Positions 42,603 through 55,500 of a DNA stretch of 64,000 nt are shown piece by piece; the first letter of the stretch is position 1, and every line of letters begins with the position of its first letter. Under the pieces are notes generated by a model. It searched no databases. It worked only from the letters and a program-made list of their open reading frames with translations, and had not been told where the DNA came from. Origin of the DNA: an uncultured Acidobacteriota bacterium. GTDB taxonomy: Bacteria; Acidobacteriota; Blastocatellia; RBC074. The translations under genes were made by a program, and so were the position numbers. The stretch lies in assembly GCA_963796275.1 (NCBI GenBank), contig CAWCKY010000001.1, positions 1,152,001 through 1,216,000 on the forward strand. The letters run 5' to 3'.

Positions 42603-45600
42603 GCTCGGTAGTTCAGCTCCGTGTTGTTATCAATGTTATTTAACGCAGTCGCTCACAGTTTAATGAATGCCTGCTGCCTCTGGGCTCTGTTCGATTTCAT
42701 CCAATATTCTCTCTTCGATGATGTCTGCTAACTGTTCAGCGGTTGGCGATCCAAATAGAGTACGGATGGAGAGTTCAACTCCCAGCGTGGCGCGTATCCG
42801 GCTGGCTAGGCGCGTTGCCAACAGCGAGTGGCCCCCGAGTTCGAAGAAGTTGTCGTCAATGCCGACCGATTCCAGACCGAGCACCTCGGCGAACAATGAG
42901 CAGAGAATCTCCTCCTGTGGTGTTCGGGCAGAGCGATAAGCTTTACCCTGCCACTCAGGCTGGGGCAGGGCATTGCGATCCAGCTTCCCGTTCGGCGTCA
43001 GCGGCAGCGCTTCCATCTCGACGATCGCCGCCGGCACCATATAGTCGGGCAACCGTTGCGCCAGGTGCTGGCGGAATGCGCTAGAGTCAATGCTGCGCCC
43101 TGGGGCTGGCACTACGTATCCCACCAGGCGCTTCTCCCCCGGAATATCTGCGCGCGCAACCACCACTGCCTGAGCCACTTCCGGCAGCTCGCGCAGGGCA
43201 GACTCGATCTCGCCCGGCTCGATGCGGAAGCCGCGAATCTTGATCTGCTGATCGGCCCGTCCCAGGAACTCCAGATTTCCATCACTCCGCCATCTCGCAA
43301 GGTCTCCCGTCCGGTACATTCTCGCTCCCGCCTCTTTACTATAGGGATTGGCGACGAAGCGCTCTGCGCTTAAATCCGCCCGCTTCAGGTATCCGCGTGC
43401 AAGTCCTTCGCCTGCGATGTACAGCTCGCCACTTACCCCAATCGGCACCACGTTCAGATTTGAATCGAGAAGATAGCATGTTGTGTTGGCTATCGGATGG
43501 CCCAGTGATACTGAGCTTGTCACCGAAGTTACGCGCATCGCGGTCGACCAGATGGTCGTCTCTGTAGGCCCATACAGATTGTAAACAGAGCCATGCCAGC
43601 CAAGCATCCGCTCCGCCAGCTCGGGCGGAAAAGCTTCGCCACCACACAACATCTTCAGGCCCTGATCTCCTGGCCAGCCGCTGTCAGCCAATATCCTCCA
43701 GGTTGCAGGCGTCGCTTGCATGACGGTTGCACCTGATTGGCGCAATTCCTCTGCCAGCTGATGTCCGTCGGCAGCTACTTCGCGGCTGACGATTATGCAC
43801 TTCGCGCCAATGATCAGAGGTAGGTACAATTCCAGCCCGGCAATGTCGAAGGATAAAGAGGTAAGCGCAAGTAATATTTCATCGGTGCGGAAATCGAGCT
43901 CCTGACTCATCGATGCCAGGAAATTTGTGCAAGCCTGATGAGAAATCATTACCCCCTTGGGTCGGCCCGTAGAACCGGAGGTATAGATAACATAGGCTGG
44001 ATTTTCTGACCTCAGAGGCCGGATTTGCCGCTGGTCTGTTGGATTGCAGGTCGGGCTCCGATCTAATGCCGCAACCATCCCCGGATGATCGAGCAGCAGT
44101 TGGCGCTGATTCTCAGGCAAGCGCCCACCAGTCTCCCGCATCGTGATCACGCAGGCGGGCTCGGCATCCTCAAGCATCAAGGCGAGGCGCTCGGCCGGAT
44201 AGTCCGGGTCGATCGGCAGATAGGCCGCTCCTGCCTTCAAAATACCCAGCAGCGCGACGATCATCTCCGGCGACCGCGGCAGGGCCAGCGCCACCACATC
44301 CTCCGGCCCAACTCCCTCACCGATCAGCAGGTGCGCCAATCGATTGGCTCGCTCGTTCAACTCTCGGTAGGTCAGCTCCTGCTCCTGATAGATCACCGCC
44401 ACCGCTCCGGGCGATCTTCGGACCTGCTCTTCAAACAGCTCTACCAGCGTCGCCTCTGGCACCTCTCGCCGTGTCTGGTTCCATTCCTCCAGTATCTGCC
44501 CGCGCTCCTCGGCTGTGAGCATATCTAATCGCCCGATCCGCTCTTTCGGATCAGCCAACACCGCCTCCAACACCCGCAGATAGTGGCGTCCCATCTGCTC
44601 CATCCTCCACCCATCAAACAAATCCCTATTGTAGAGCCACGCGATCTGAATCTCTCCCTCGCTCTCCCATGCGTGCACCTCCAGGTCGAAGCGCACTCGC
44701 AGCTCGTCTCCCATTACCTCCTCCACCTCCAGCCCCTTCACCCGCTCGACCACTTGCGGCGCATTCTGCAGGGCGAAGACCACCTGGTAGATGGGCGTCG
44801 TGTTCAGACTCCGCTGCGGAGAGAGCTCCTCCACCAGCCGCTCGAAGGGCACGTCCTGATGCTCATAGGCCTCCAGCGCAACTCGCCTCACCTCTCCCAT
44901 CAGCTCCTCGAAGCTCATCTCCCCATTGACCCTCATCCTCATCACCAGCGTGTTGACGAAGAATCCGATCATCTCCTCCAACTGCGCCTCCTGCCGGTTG
45001 GCGATCGGCGATCCCACCACGATCTCTTCCTGCCCGCTGTAGCGGCTCAGCACTACTCCGAAGGCGCCGAGCATGCTCATATAGAGGGTCGCCTGACCAG
45101 TCTGGCTCACCATCCGCAATCCCGCCGTCTGCTCCCGGTTCAACTTCATCTGACAGAGCTCGGCTTCATAGGTCTGCACCGGAGGCCGCACTCTATCGGT
45201 CGGTAACTCCAGTCGCTCGGGAATCCCGGCCAACTGCTCTTTCCAGTAGGCGAGCCCTCCTTGAAGCCCCTCCTGCTCCAGCCACTGCCTCTGCCACAAG
45301 GCGAAGTCGGCATACTGCACCGCCAGGGGCCGCAGCGGATTCTCTCTCCCCTCGCAGAACGCCTGGTAGAGCAGGGTCAACTCCTGATTGAAGACCCCCT
45401 CCGACCAACCGTCAGATGCGATGTGATGCATCGTCCTGATCAGGATGTGATCGCGCTCGGCCAGCTTGAGCAGCTTGATTCGCAGCAGCGGCCCGCGCCC
45501 CAGGTCAAAGGGCTGCCCGCCTTCCTCCCGCAGCGCGTCAATCACTCGAGCTTCTCGTTGCTTCCGGTGGAGCCCGCCCAGGTCTTCCACCCGAAGCTCG

Positions 45601-48600
45601 ATCCGCATCTCCGGCTCGATGACCTGCACTGGCTCTCCCTCTACCTCAGCAAAGTGTGTGCGCAGGCTCTCGTGGCGCGAGATGATGGTATTGATGGTCT
45701 GCTCCAGCGCCTTCAGGTCGAGCTCGCCGCGCAGCCGCAGCGCGCTGGGCATGTTGTACTCGGTGCTGGTCTCTCCCAGCCGATCGAGAAACCAGAGGCG
45801 CTGCTGGGCATAGGAGAGGGGCAGACGCCCGGGCCGCTGCTGCGGCGCAAGCGGAGCGCGCCCTGTCTTAGACTCTCGCAGCCGCGGGCTGAGCTGGGCA
45901 ACAGAGGGCGATTCAAAGAGGGTGCGAATGGCCAGTTCCGCTCCCAGCGTGGCGCGCACTCGGCTGACCAGTCGGGTGGCCAGCAGCGAGTGGCCGCCGA
46001 GTTCAAAGAAGTTGTCGTCAATGCCCACCCGCTCCAGACCGAGCACCTCGGCGAACAACGAGCAGAGAATCTCCTCGTGCGGGCTGCGCGGAGCCTTCCA
46101 GACAGAGGTTGAGATCAACTCCGGTTCCGGCAGGGCCTTGCGGTCCAATTTTCCATTGGGTGTCAGCGGCAGCGCTTGTAACTCGACGATGGCTGCCGGC
46201 ACCATATAGTCGGGCAGGCGCCGGGCTAATTGCTGCCGTACAGAGGTGGAATCAATGCTCCGGCCGGGTGCGGGCACCAGATAGCCGGTCAGTCGCTTCT
46301 CTCCCGGAATATCCTCGCGCGCCACCACCACTGCCTGAGCCACTTCCGGCAGCTCGCGCAGGGCAGACTCGATCTCGCCCGGCTCGATGCGGAAGCCGCG
46401 AATCTTGACCTGCTGATCGGCTCGTCCCAGAAACTCCAGGTTCCCGTCGGCCCGCCAGCGCGCCAGGTCTCCCGTCCGGTACATCCGCATTCCAGGTTCG
46501 CCGTATGGATCACCCACAAAGCGATCGGCGGTCAGGGCCGGGCGCTTGAGATATCCGCGCGCCAACCCTGCTCCTGCGATATAGAGCTCTCCTGCCACTC
46601 CCACCGGAACAGGTCCTAAACCACTATCCAAAACATACACACGCGTGTTGCAGATCGGTTGCCCTATAGGTGGCTCCCCAACTCCTAATAGTGGCCCACT
46701 CGTCGTCGCACACACTGTTGTCTCCGTCGGGCCATACGCATTGATCATCCGGCATTTCTCCGACCATCGCGCCGCCACTTCTGCAGGGCATGCCTCTCCA
46801 GCAACAATCAGGGTGTTAAGTTGTATAACCTGATCTTCTGCGAAATCGGCAACCACCACCGGCGGTAGCGTTGCGTGGGTCACCCTATGCTTGTGCATTG
46901 CCTTCACCAATAATTCACCTCTGCGCTCTTCCTCCCCTAAAAGCGTCAGCTTAGCGCCAGATAATAGACCCATCACGATTTCATAGAACGATGAGTCGAA
47001 GCTCAATGAAGCGAACTGTAGAACGCGGGACTCGGATGTAACACCGAATTGATGGATGCCCGCCGCTGAAAGGCTGGGAATGCCTCTGTGGGTGACTACA
47101 ACGCCTTTGGACCTACCAGTAGAGCCGGATGTGTAGATGATATAGGCCGGGTTGTGCGGCCGCAGAGACCGGCCCGGATTGCCGCAGGGTAATTGCTCTA
47201 TCGCCTTGGGCAGTTCCGCTTGATCGAGCAATAGGCAGCCCGTCCATACGGGCAAGTGTGCCATTATCTCACCGGTTGTGATGAGGCAAGCTGGCTCGGC
47301 GTCCTCCATCATGAAGGTGAGGCGCTCGGCTGGATACTCGGCGTCGATGGGCAGATAGGCCGCTCCTGCCTTCAAAATACCCAGCAGCGCAACGATCATC
47401 TCCGGCGACCGCGGCAGGGCCAGCGCCACCACATCCTCCGGCCCAACTCCCTCACCGATCAGCAGGTGCGCCAATCGATTGGCTCGCTCGTTCAACTCTC
47501 GGTAGGTCAGCTCCTGCTCCTGATAGATCACCGCCACCGCTCCGGGCGATCTTCGGACCTGCTCTTCAAACAGCTCTACCAGCGTCGCCTCTGGCATCTC
47601 TCGCCGTGTCTGGTTCCATTCCTCCAGTATCTGCCTGCGCTCCTCGGCTGTGAGCATATCTAATCGCCCGATCCGCTCTTTCGGATCAGCCAACACCGCC
47701 TCCAACACCCGCAGATAGTGGCGTCCCATCTGCTCCATCCTCCACCCATCAAACAAATCCCTATTGTAGAGCCACGCGATCTGAATCTCTCCCTCGCTCT
47801 CCCATGCGTGCACCTCCAGGTCGAAGCGCACTCGCAGCTCGTCTCCCATTACCTCCTCCACCTCCAGCCCCTTCACCCGCTCGGCCACCTGCGGCGCATT
47901 CTGCAAGGCGAAGACCACCTGGTAGATGGGCGTCGTGTCCAGGCTCCGCTGCGGAGTGAGCTCCTCCACCAGCCGTTCGAAGGGCACGTCCTGATGCTCA
48001 TAGGCCTCCAGCGCAACTCGCCTCACCTCTCCCATCAGCTCCTCGAAGCTCATCTCCCCATTGACCCTCATCCTCATCACCAGCGTGTTGACGAAGAATC
48101 CGATCATCTCCTCCAACTGCGCCTCCTGCCGGTTGGCGATCGGCGATCCCACCACGATCTCTTCCTGCCCGCTGTAGCGGCTCAGCACTACTCCGAAGGC
48201 GCCGAGCATGCTCATATAGAGGGTCGCCTGACCAGTCTGGCTCACCATCCGCAATCCCGCCGTCTGCTCCCGGTTCAACTTCATCTGACAGAGCTCGGCT
48301 TCATAGGTCTGCACCGGAGGCCGCACTCTATCGGTCGGTAACTCCAGTCGCTCGGGAATCCCGGCTAACTGCTCCTTCCAGTAGGCGAGCCCTTCTTGAA
48401 GGCCCTCCTGCTCCAGCCATTGCCTCTGCCACAAGGCGAAGTCGGCATACTGCACCGCCAGGGGCCGCAGCGGATTCTCTCTCCCCTCGCAGAACGCCTG
48501 GTAGAGCAGGGTCAACTCCTGATTGAAGACCCCCTCCGACCAACCGTCAGATGCGATGTGATGCATCGTCCTGATCAGGATGTGATCGCGCTCGGCCAGC

Positions 48601-51600
48601 TTAAGCAGCTTGATTCGCAGCAGCGGCCCGCGCCCCAGGTCAAAGGGCTGCCCGCCTTCCTCCCGCAGCGCGTCAATCACTCGAGCTTCTCGTTGCTTCC
48701 GGTGGAGCCCGCCCAGGTCTTCCACCCGAAGCTCGATCCGCATCTCCGGCTCGATGACCTGCACTGGCTCTCCCTCTACCTCAGCAAAGTGTGTGCGCAG
48801 GCTCTCGTGGCGCGAGATGATGGTATTGATGGTCTGCTCCAGCGCCTTCAGGTCGAGCTCGCCGCGCAGCCGCAGCGCGCTAGGCATGTTGTACTCGGTG
48901 CTGGTCTCTCCCAGCCGGTCGAGAAACCAGAGGCGCTGCTGGGCATAGGAGAGGGGCAGACGCCCGGGCCGCTGCTGCGGCGCAAGCGGAGCGCGCCCTG
49001 TCTTAGACTCTCGCAGCCGCGGGCTGAGCTGGGCAACAGAGGGCGATTCAAAGAGGGTGCGAATGGCCAGTTCCGCTCCCAGCGTGGCGCGCACTCGGCT
49101 GACCAGTCGGGTGGCCAGCAGCGAGTGGCCGCCGAGTTCAAAGAAGTTGTCGTCAATGCCCACCCGCTCCAGACCGAGCACCTCGGCGAACAACGAGCAG
49201 AGAATCTCCTCGTGCGGGCTGCGCGGAGCCTTCCAGACAGAGGTTGAGATCAACTCCGGTTCCGGCAGGGCCTTGCGGTCCAATTTTCCATTGGGAGTCA
49301 GCGGCAGCGCCTCCAGCTCGACCATCGCCGCCGGCACCATATAGTCGGGCAGGCGCCGGGCTAATTGCTGTCGCACAGAGGTGAAATCAATGTTCCGGCC
49401 GGGTGCGGGCACCACATAGCCGGCCAGTCGCTTCTCTCCCGGAGTATCCTCGCGCGCCACCACCACTGCCTGAGCCACTTCCGGCAGCTCGCGCAGCGCC
49501 GCCTCGATCTCGCCCGGCTCGATGCGGAAGCCGCGAATCTTGACCTGCTGATCGGCTCGTCCCAGAAACTCCAGGTTCCCGTCGGCCCGCCAGCGCGCCA
49601 GGTCTCCCGTCCGGTACATCCGCATTCCGGGTTCGCCGTATGGATCACCCACAAAGCGATCGGCGGTCAGGGCCGGGCGCTTGAGATATCCGCGCGCCAA
49701 TCCTGCCCCCGCGATATAGAGCTCTCCTACGACTCCCACCGGCGTCAGTTTGAGACTCCCGTCCAACACGTACACGCGCGAGTTACTGATCGCCCCTCCG
49801 ATCGGTACATCTCTGCCATCGCCTCGCTCCAATAAAGCATAGGTCGAGTATGTTGTATCTTCCGTCGGCCCGTACAGGTTGAATACCTTCCGCACTTGCT
49901 CTAGTTCATATATTTCCTCAGCTAACCTTCGCCTCAGTGCCTCGCCAGCCAGATTCACCGTCCGTACTCCTTCCGGCAGACCGCCTATCCTCAACAGTTC
50001 TGTTATTGCTGAAGGAACAGTGTTAATTAGTCTCACTTGCTTGGCCGACGGCGTATTGGGCAACTCCAATACGTTCTCTACCAGGATCACCGTCCCACCG
50101 CAGCTGAGTGGAACAAATATTTCGAAGACCGATAAATCAAAACAGATCGAGGTCGAAGCAAGTACTCCTGCTAGATCCTGTGTCTCAAACACCTCTGCTG
50201 CCCAGCACAGCAATTCTGCCGCACTGTGATGCTCGATCTGTGTCCCTTTAGGCCTGCCGGTTGAGCCGGAAGTATAGATAACATAGGCTGGGTTCTTAGG
50301 TCTGAGTTGGCTTCGACGATCACCATCTCCTGGATTTCCAGATAGACTTTGCGCCAAAGCTTCAACCGCATGGGGATGATCCAGGAGAAGGATGCCAGAT
50401 CTCACCGGTAAGCGGTCTGCTACCTTACTGGCGGTCAGCATATAGGCAGGCTCGGCATCCTCGAGCATCAAGGCCAGGCGATCGGCTGGATACTCAGTGT
50501 CGATGGGCAGATAGGCCGCTCCTGCTTTCAAAATACCCAGCAGCGAGACGATCATCTCCGGCGACCGCGGCAGGGCCAGCGCCACCACATCCTCCGGCCC
50601 AACTCCCTCGCCGATCAGCAGGTGCGCCAATCGATTGGCTCGCTCGTTCAACTCTCGGTAGGTCAGCTCCTGCTCCTGATAGATCACCGCCACCGCTCCG
50701 GGCGATCTTCGGACCTGCTCTTCAAATAGCTCTACCAGCGTCGCCTGCGGTATCTCGCGCGACGTCTCGTTCCACTCCTCCAGTATCTGCCTGCGCTCCT
50801 CGGCTGTGAGCATATCTAATCGCCCGATTCGCTCCTTCGGATCTGCCAACACCGCCTCCAACACCCGCAGATAGTGGCGTCCCATCTGCTCTATCTTCCA
50901 GCGATCGAAGAGCTCCCGGTTGTAGAGCCAGTAGATCGCCAGCTCTCCTTTTTCTTCCCAGACGTGCACCTCCAGGTCACAGTGGACCTGCAGTTGAGCT
51001 CCCATCACCAGCTCTACCTCCAGCCCCTTCATTCGCTCGGCCACCTGCGGCGCATTCTGCAGGGCGAAGACCACCTGGAAGATGGGCGTCGTGTCCAGGC
51101 TCCGCTGCGGGGAGAGCTCCTCCACCAGCCGTTCGAAGGGCACGTCCTGATGCTCATAGGCCTCCAGCGCAACTCGCCTCACCTCTCCCATCAGCTCCTC
51201 GAAGCTCATCTCCCCATTGACCCTCATCCTCATCACCAGCGTGTTGACGAAGAATCCGATCATCTCCTCCAACTGCGCCTCCTGCCGGTTGGCGATCGGC
51301 GATCCCACCACGATCTCTTCCTGCCCGCTGTAGCGGCTCAGCACTACTCCGAAGGCGCCGAGCATGCTCATATAGAGGGTCGCCTGACCAGTCTGGCTCA
51401 CCATCCGCAATCCCGCCGTCTGCTCCCGGTTCAACTTCATCTGACAGAGCTCGGCTTCATAGGTCTGCACCGGAGGCCGCACTCTATCGGTCGGTAACTC
51501 CAGTCGCTCGGGAATCCCGGCCAACTGCTCCTTCCAGTAGGCGAGCCCTTCTTGAAGGCCCTCCTGCTCCAGCCATTGCCTCTGCCACAAGGCGAAGTCG

Positions 51601-54600
51601 GCATACTGCACCGCCAGGGGCCGCAGCGGATTCTCTCTCCCCTCGCAGAACGCCTGGTAGAGCAGGGTCAACTCCTGATTGAAGACCCCCTCCGACCAAC
51701 CGTCAGATGCGATGTGATGCATCGTCCTGATCAGGATGTGATCGCGCTCGGCCAGCTTAAGCAGCTTGATTCGCAGCAGCGGCCCGCGCCCCAGGTCAAA
51801 GGGCTGCCCGCCTTCCTCCCGCAGCGCGTCCATCACTCGAGCTTCTCGTTGCTCCCGGTGGAGCCCGCCCAGGTCTTCCACCCGAAGCTCGATCCGCATC
51901 TCCGGCTCGATGACCTGCACTGGCTCTCCCTCTACCTCAGCAAAGTGTGTGCGCAGGCTCTCGTGGCGCGAGATGATGGTATTGATGGTCTGCTCCAGCG
52001 CCTTCAGGTCGAGCTCCCCGCGCAGCCGCAGCGCGCCGGGCAGGTTGTACTCGGTGCTGGTCTCTCCCAGCCGGTCGAGAAACCAGAGGCGCTGCTGGGC
52101 GTAGGAGAGGGGCAGACGCCCGGGCCGCTGCTGCGGCGCAAGCGGAGCGCGCCCTGTCTCAGACTCTTGCAGCCGCGGGCTGAGCTGGGCAACAGATGGC
52201 GATTCAAAGAGGGTGCGAATGGCCAGTTCCGCTCCCAGCGTGGCGCGCACTCGACTGACCAGTCGGGTGGCCAGCAGCGAGTGGCCGCCGAGTTCAAAGA
52301 AGTTGTCGTCAATGCCCATCCGCTCCAGACCGAGCACCTCGGCGAACAACGAGCAGAGAATCTCCTCGTGCGGGCTGCGCGGCGCCCTCCAGACAGAGGT
52401 TGAGATCAACTCTGGTTCCGGCAGGGCCTTGCGGTCCAATTTTCCATTGGGAGTCAGCGGCAGCGCCTCCAGCTCGACCATCGCCACCGGCACCATATAG
52501 TCGGGCAGGCGCCGGGCTAATTGCTGCCGCACAGAGGTGAAATCAATGCTTCGGCCGGGTGCGGGCACCACATAGCCGGCCAGTCGCTTCTCTCCCGGAG
52601 TATCCTCGCGCGCCACCACCACTGCCTGAGCCACTTCCGGCAGCTCGCGCAGCGCCGCCTCGATCTCGCCCGGCTCGATGCGGAAGCCGCGAATCTTGAC
52701 CTGCTGATCGGCTCGTCCCAGAAACTCCAGGTTCCCGTCGGCCCGCCAGCGCGCCAGGTCTCCCGTCCGGTACATCCGCATTCCAGGTTCGCCGTATGGA
52801 TCACCCACAAAGCGATCGGCGGTCAGGGCCGGGCGCTTGAGATATCCGCGCGCCAACCCCGCCCCCGCGATATAGAGCTCTCCTGCCACTCCCACCGGCA
52901 CCGGCTGCAGGTTCCCGTCCAACACGTACATACGCGTGTTGCTGATTGGTCTTCCAATAAGGACTGACTCCAGTCTCAAACCTTCACTACATTCCCAGTA
53001 GCTCGCATCGATCGTCGCTTCTGTCGGCCCATAGAGATTGATTAAACTCGCTCCGCTCACCGATTGGAACTTCTCTACCAAATCCCATGTCAATGCTTCA
53101 CCGCCGCAGAACAATCGCTTCAGCTTCGTGCATCTCTCCCATCCTTCTTCCTCCACCATTGACTGCAGCAGCTTCGGCACTACCTGCACGATATTGACCT
53201 CTCGCTCTGCTATCTCCGACACTAAATAGGCGCTGTCACGATGACCGCCAGGTTTAGCTATGACAAGCTGTGCCCCAACCAGCAACGGTGCGTAAAATTC
53301 CCATACCGAGGCATCAAAACTAAACGGAGTTTTTTGTAGGACGCGGTCAGACTCGCTCAAGGCAAAGGACTCCTGCATCCAGAGCATATGGTTGTGGAGT
53401 GCGCCGTGTGAGACCATCACTCCCTTTGGCTCTCCCGTCGAGCCGGAGGTATAGAGAACACAGGCTATATTCTCAGAGGCTACTTTGGTTAGCGGTGACG
53501 ACTCAGTATTAGAACGGAGAGCTGTTAAATCGGTATCAATGAAAATCAAATTACACTGAGAACTACCTAAGCGCTCACGTAAATATTGCTGAGTGAGAAT
53601 AATTGATACTTGTGCATTAACAAGCATAAATAACAGCCGGTCCAGTGGGTACTCTACGTCCAGCGGCAGATAAGCCGCTCCCGCCTTCAGAATCCCCAAC
53701 ATTCCCACCACCAACTCTACACTTCGCTCAAGACATAGACCCACACACACCTCAGGTCCGACACCCATCGCTTGTAAAAGATGCGCCAACTGATTGGCTC
53801 GCTCATTCAATTCACCATAGGTCAGTTCCTGCTCCTGGTAGATCACCGCCACCGCCCCGGGTGACCTTCGCACCTGCTCTTCAAACAGTTCCACCACTGT
53901 CGTTTCCCGCACCTCTCGCCGCGTTTGGTTCCACTCCTCCAGTATCTGAATGCGATCCTGCTCTCCCAGCAGGTTGATGCCTGCAATCTTTCGTTGCGCA
54001 TCGCTCACCATCGCCTCCAGCACCCGCAGATAGTGGCGTCCCATCTGCTCCATCCTCCAGCGATCGAAGAGCTCCCGGTTGTAGAGCCAGTAGATCGCAA
54101 GCTCTCCTTTTTCTTCCCAGACGTGCACCTCCAGGTCACAGTGGACCTGCAGTTGAGCTCCCATCACCAGCTCTACCTCCAGCCCCTTCATCCGCTCGGC
54201 CACCAGCGGCGCATTCTGCAGGGCGAAGACCACCTGGAAGACGGGCGTCGTGTTCAGACTCCGCTGCGGGGAGAGCTCCTCCACCAGCCGCTCGAAAGGC
54301 ACATCCTGATGCTCATAGGCCTCCAGCGCTATGCGCCGCGCCTCACTCACCAACTCCTCGACGCTCTTCTCTCCATTGACCCTCATCCTCATCACCAGCG
54401 TGTTGACGAAGAATCCGATCATCTCCTCCAACTGCGCCTCCTGCCGGTTGGCGATCGGCGATCCCACCACGATCTCTTCCTGCCCGCTGTAGCGTTCCAG
54501 CAGCAGGGCGAAGCCCGCCAGCAGCGTCATATAGAGAGTCGCCTGTTGGCTCTGGCTGAGGCGTTTCAAGCCATCGACCTGCTGACCGCTCAGGATCATC

Positions 54601-55500
54601 TGAGAGAATTCGCCCTGAAAGGTCTGCACCGGTGGTCGCACTCTATCGGTCGGCAACTCGAGCCGCTCGGGAATCCCGGCCAGCTGCTGCTTCCAGTAGG
54701 CGAGCTCTGCTTGAAGCCTCTCCTGCTCCAGCCACTGTCTCTGCCAGAGGGCGAAGTCGGCGTACTGGACGCTCAGCGGCTTGAGCGGATTCTCGCGCCC
54801 CTGACAGAAGGCCTCGTAGAGCTGAGTGAACTCGCGGTTGAAGACTCCCTCCGACCAGCCGTCGGAGACGATGTGGTGCATGGTGCGCAAAAGGATATGA
54901 TCGCGCTCTCCCAGTTTGAGCAGATTCACCCGCAGCAGCGGTCCGCGAGTCAGATCGAAGGGGCAGCTCACTTGCTCCCGCAGGCGAGCCGTCACCCGCG
55001 TTTGTTGCTCTTGCTCATCCAGTTGGCTCAAGTCATCCACGGGAATCTCGATCCACAACTCCGGCTCGATGATTTGGATGGGCGCTCCCTCTATCTCGTC
55101 AAAGTGTGTGCGCAGAGTCTCGTGGCGGGAGATGATGGTGTTGATAGTTTGCTCCAGCGCCTGGCGGTGGAGTTCTCCTCTCAGCCGGAGAGCCACAGGC
55201 ATGTTGTATTCTGTGCTGTTTCCAGCCAGGCGGTCGAGAAACCAGAGGCGCTGCTGGGCATAGGAGAGGGGCAGACGCTCGGGCCGCTGCTGCTGCACAA
55301 GTGAAGGGCGTCCCGTCCCGGACTCTCTCAGCCGCGAGCTGAGTTGGGCAACAGAGGGCGACTCAAAGAGGGTGCGAATGGCCAGTTCCGCTCCCAGCGC
55401 GGCGCGCACTCGGCTGACCAGGCGCGTGGCCAGCAGCGAGTGGCCGCCGAGGTCGAAGAAATTGTCGTCAATGCCCACCCGCTCCAGACCGAGCACCTCG
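34050..55500. repeat. Near-identical dispersed module repeats inside the NRPS genes
   Basis: Family X copies (C domain, usually with the preceding T) at about 34050-35460, 38100-39500, 41260-42460 and 54260-55500. Family Y copies (A C-term-T-C-A N-term) at about 44200-46560, 47350-49700 and 50500-52860, with a period of about 3.1 kb. The antisense ORFs of the copies are almost identical too. Confidence 0.92.
35920..36845 (-). other. SAM-dependent methyltransferase-like domain embedded in the module-9 A domain
   Basis: About 300 aa lie between [15 protein letters not shown] (a6) and YKTGDLG (a7). They contain [20 protein letters not shown] and LKEGGRF, matching class I MTase motif order. Confidence 0.8.

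Noticed and set aside
44200-52860. Roughly 3.1-kb periodic repeats with variable inserts considered as a CRISPR-like or DGR cassette system
   Set aside because: The repeats are in-frame NRPS C/T domains. There are no short repeat-spacer units, no cas or reverse transcriptase gene, and no adenine-specific template/variable pair was evident.
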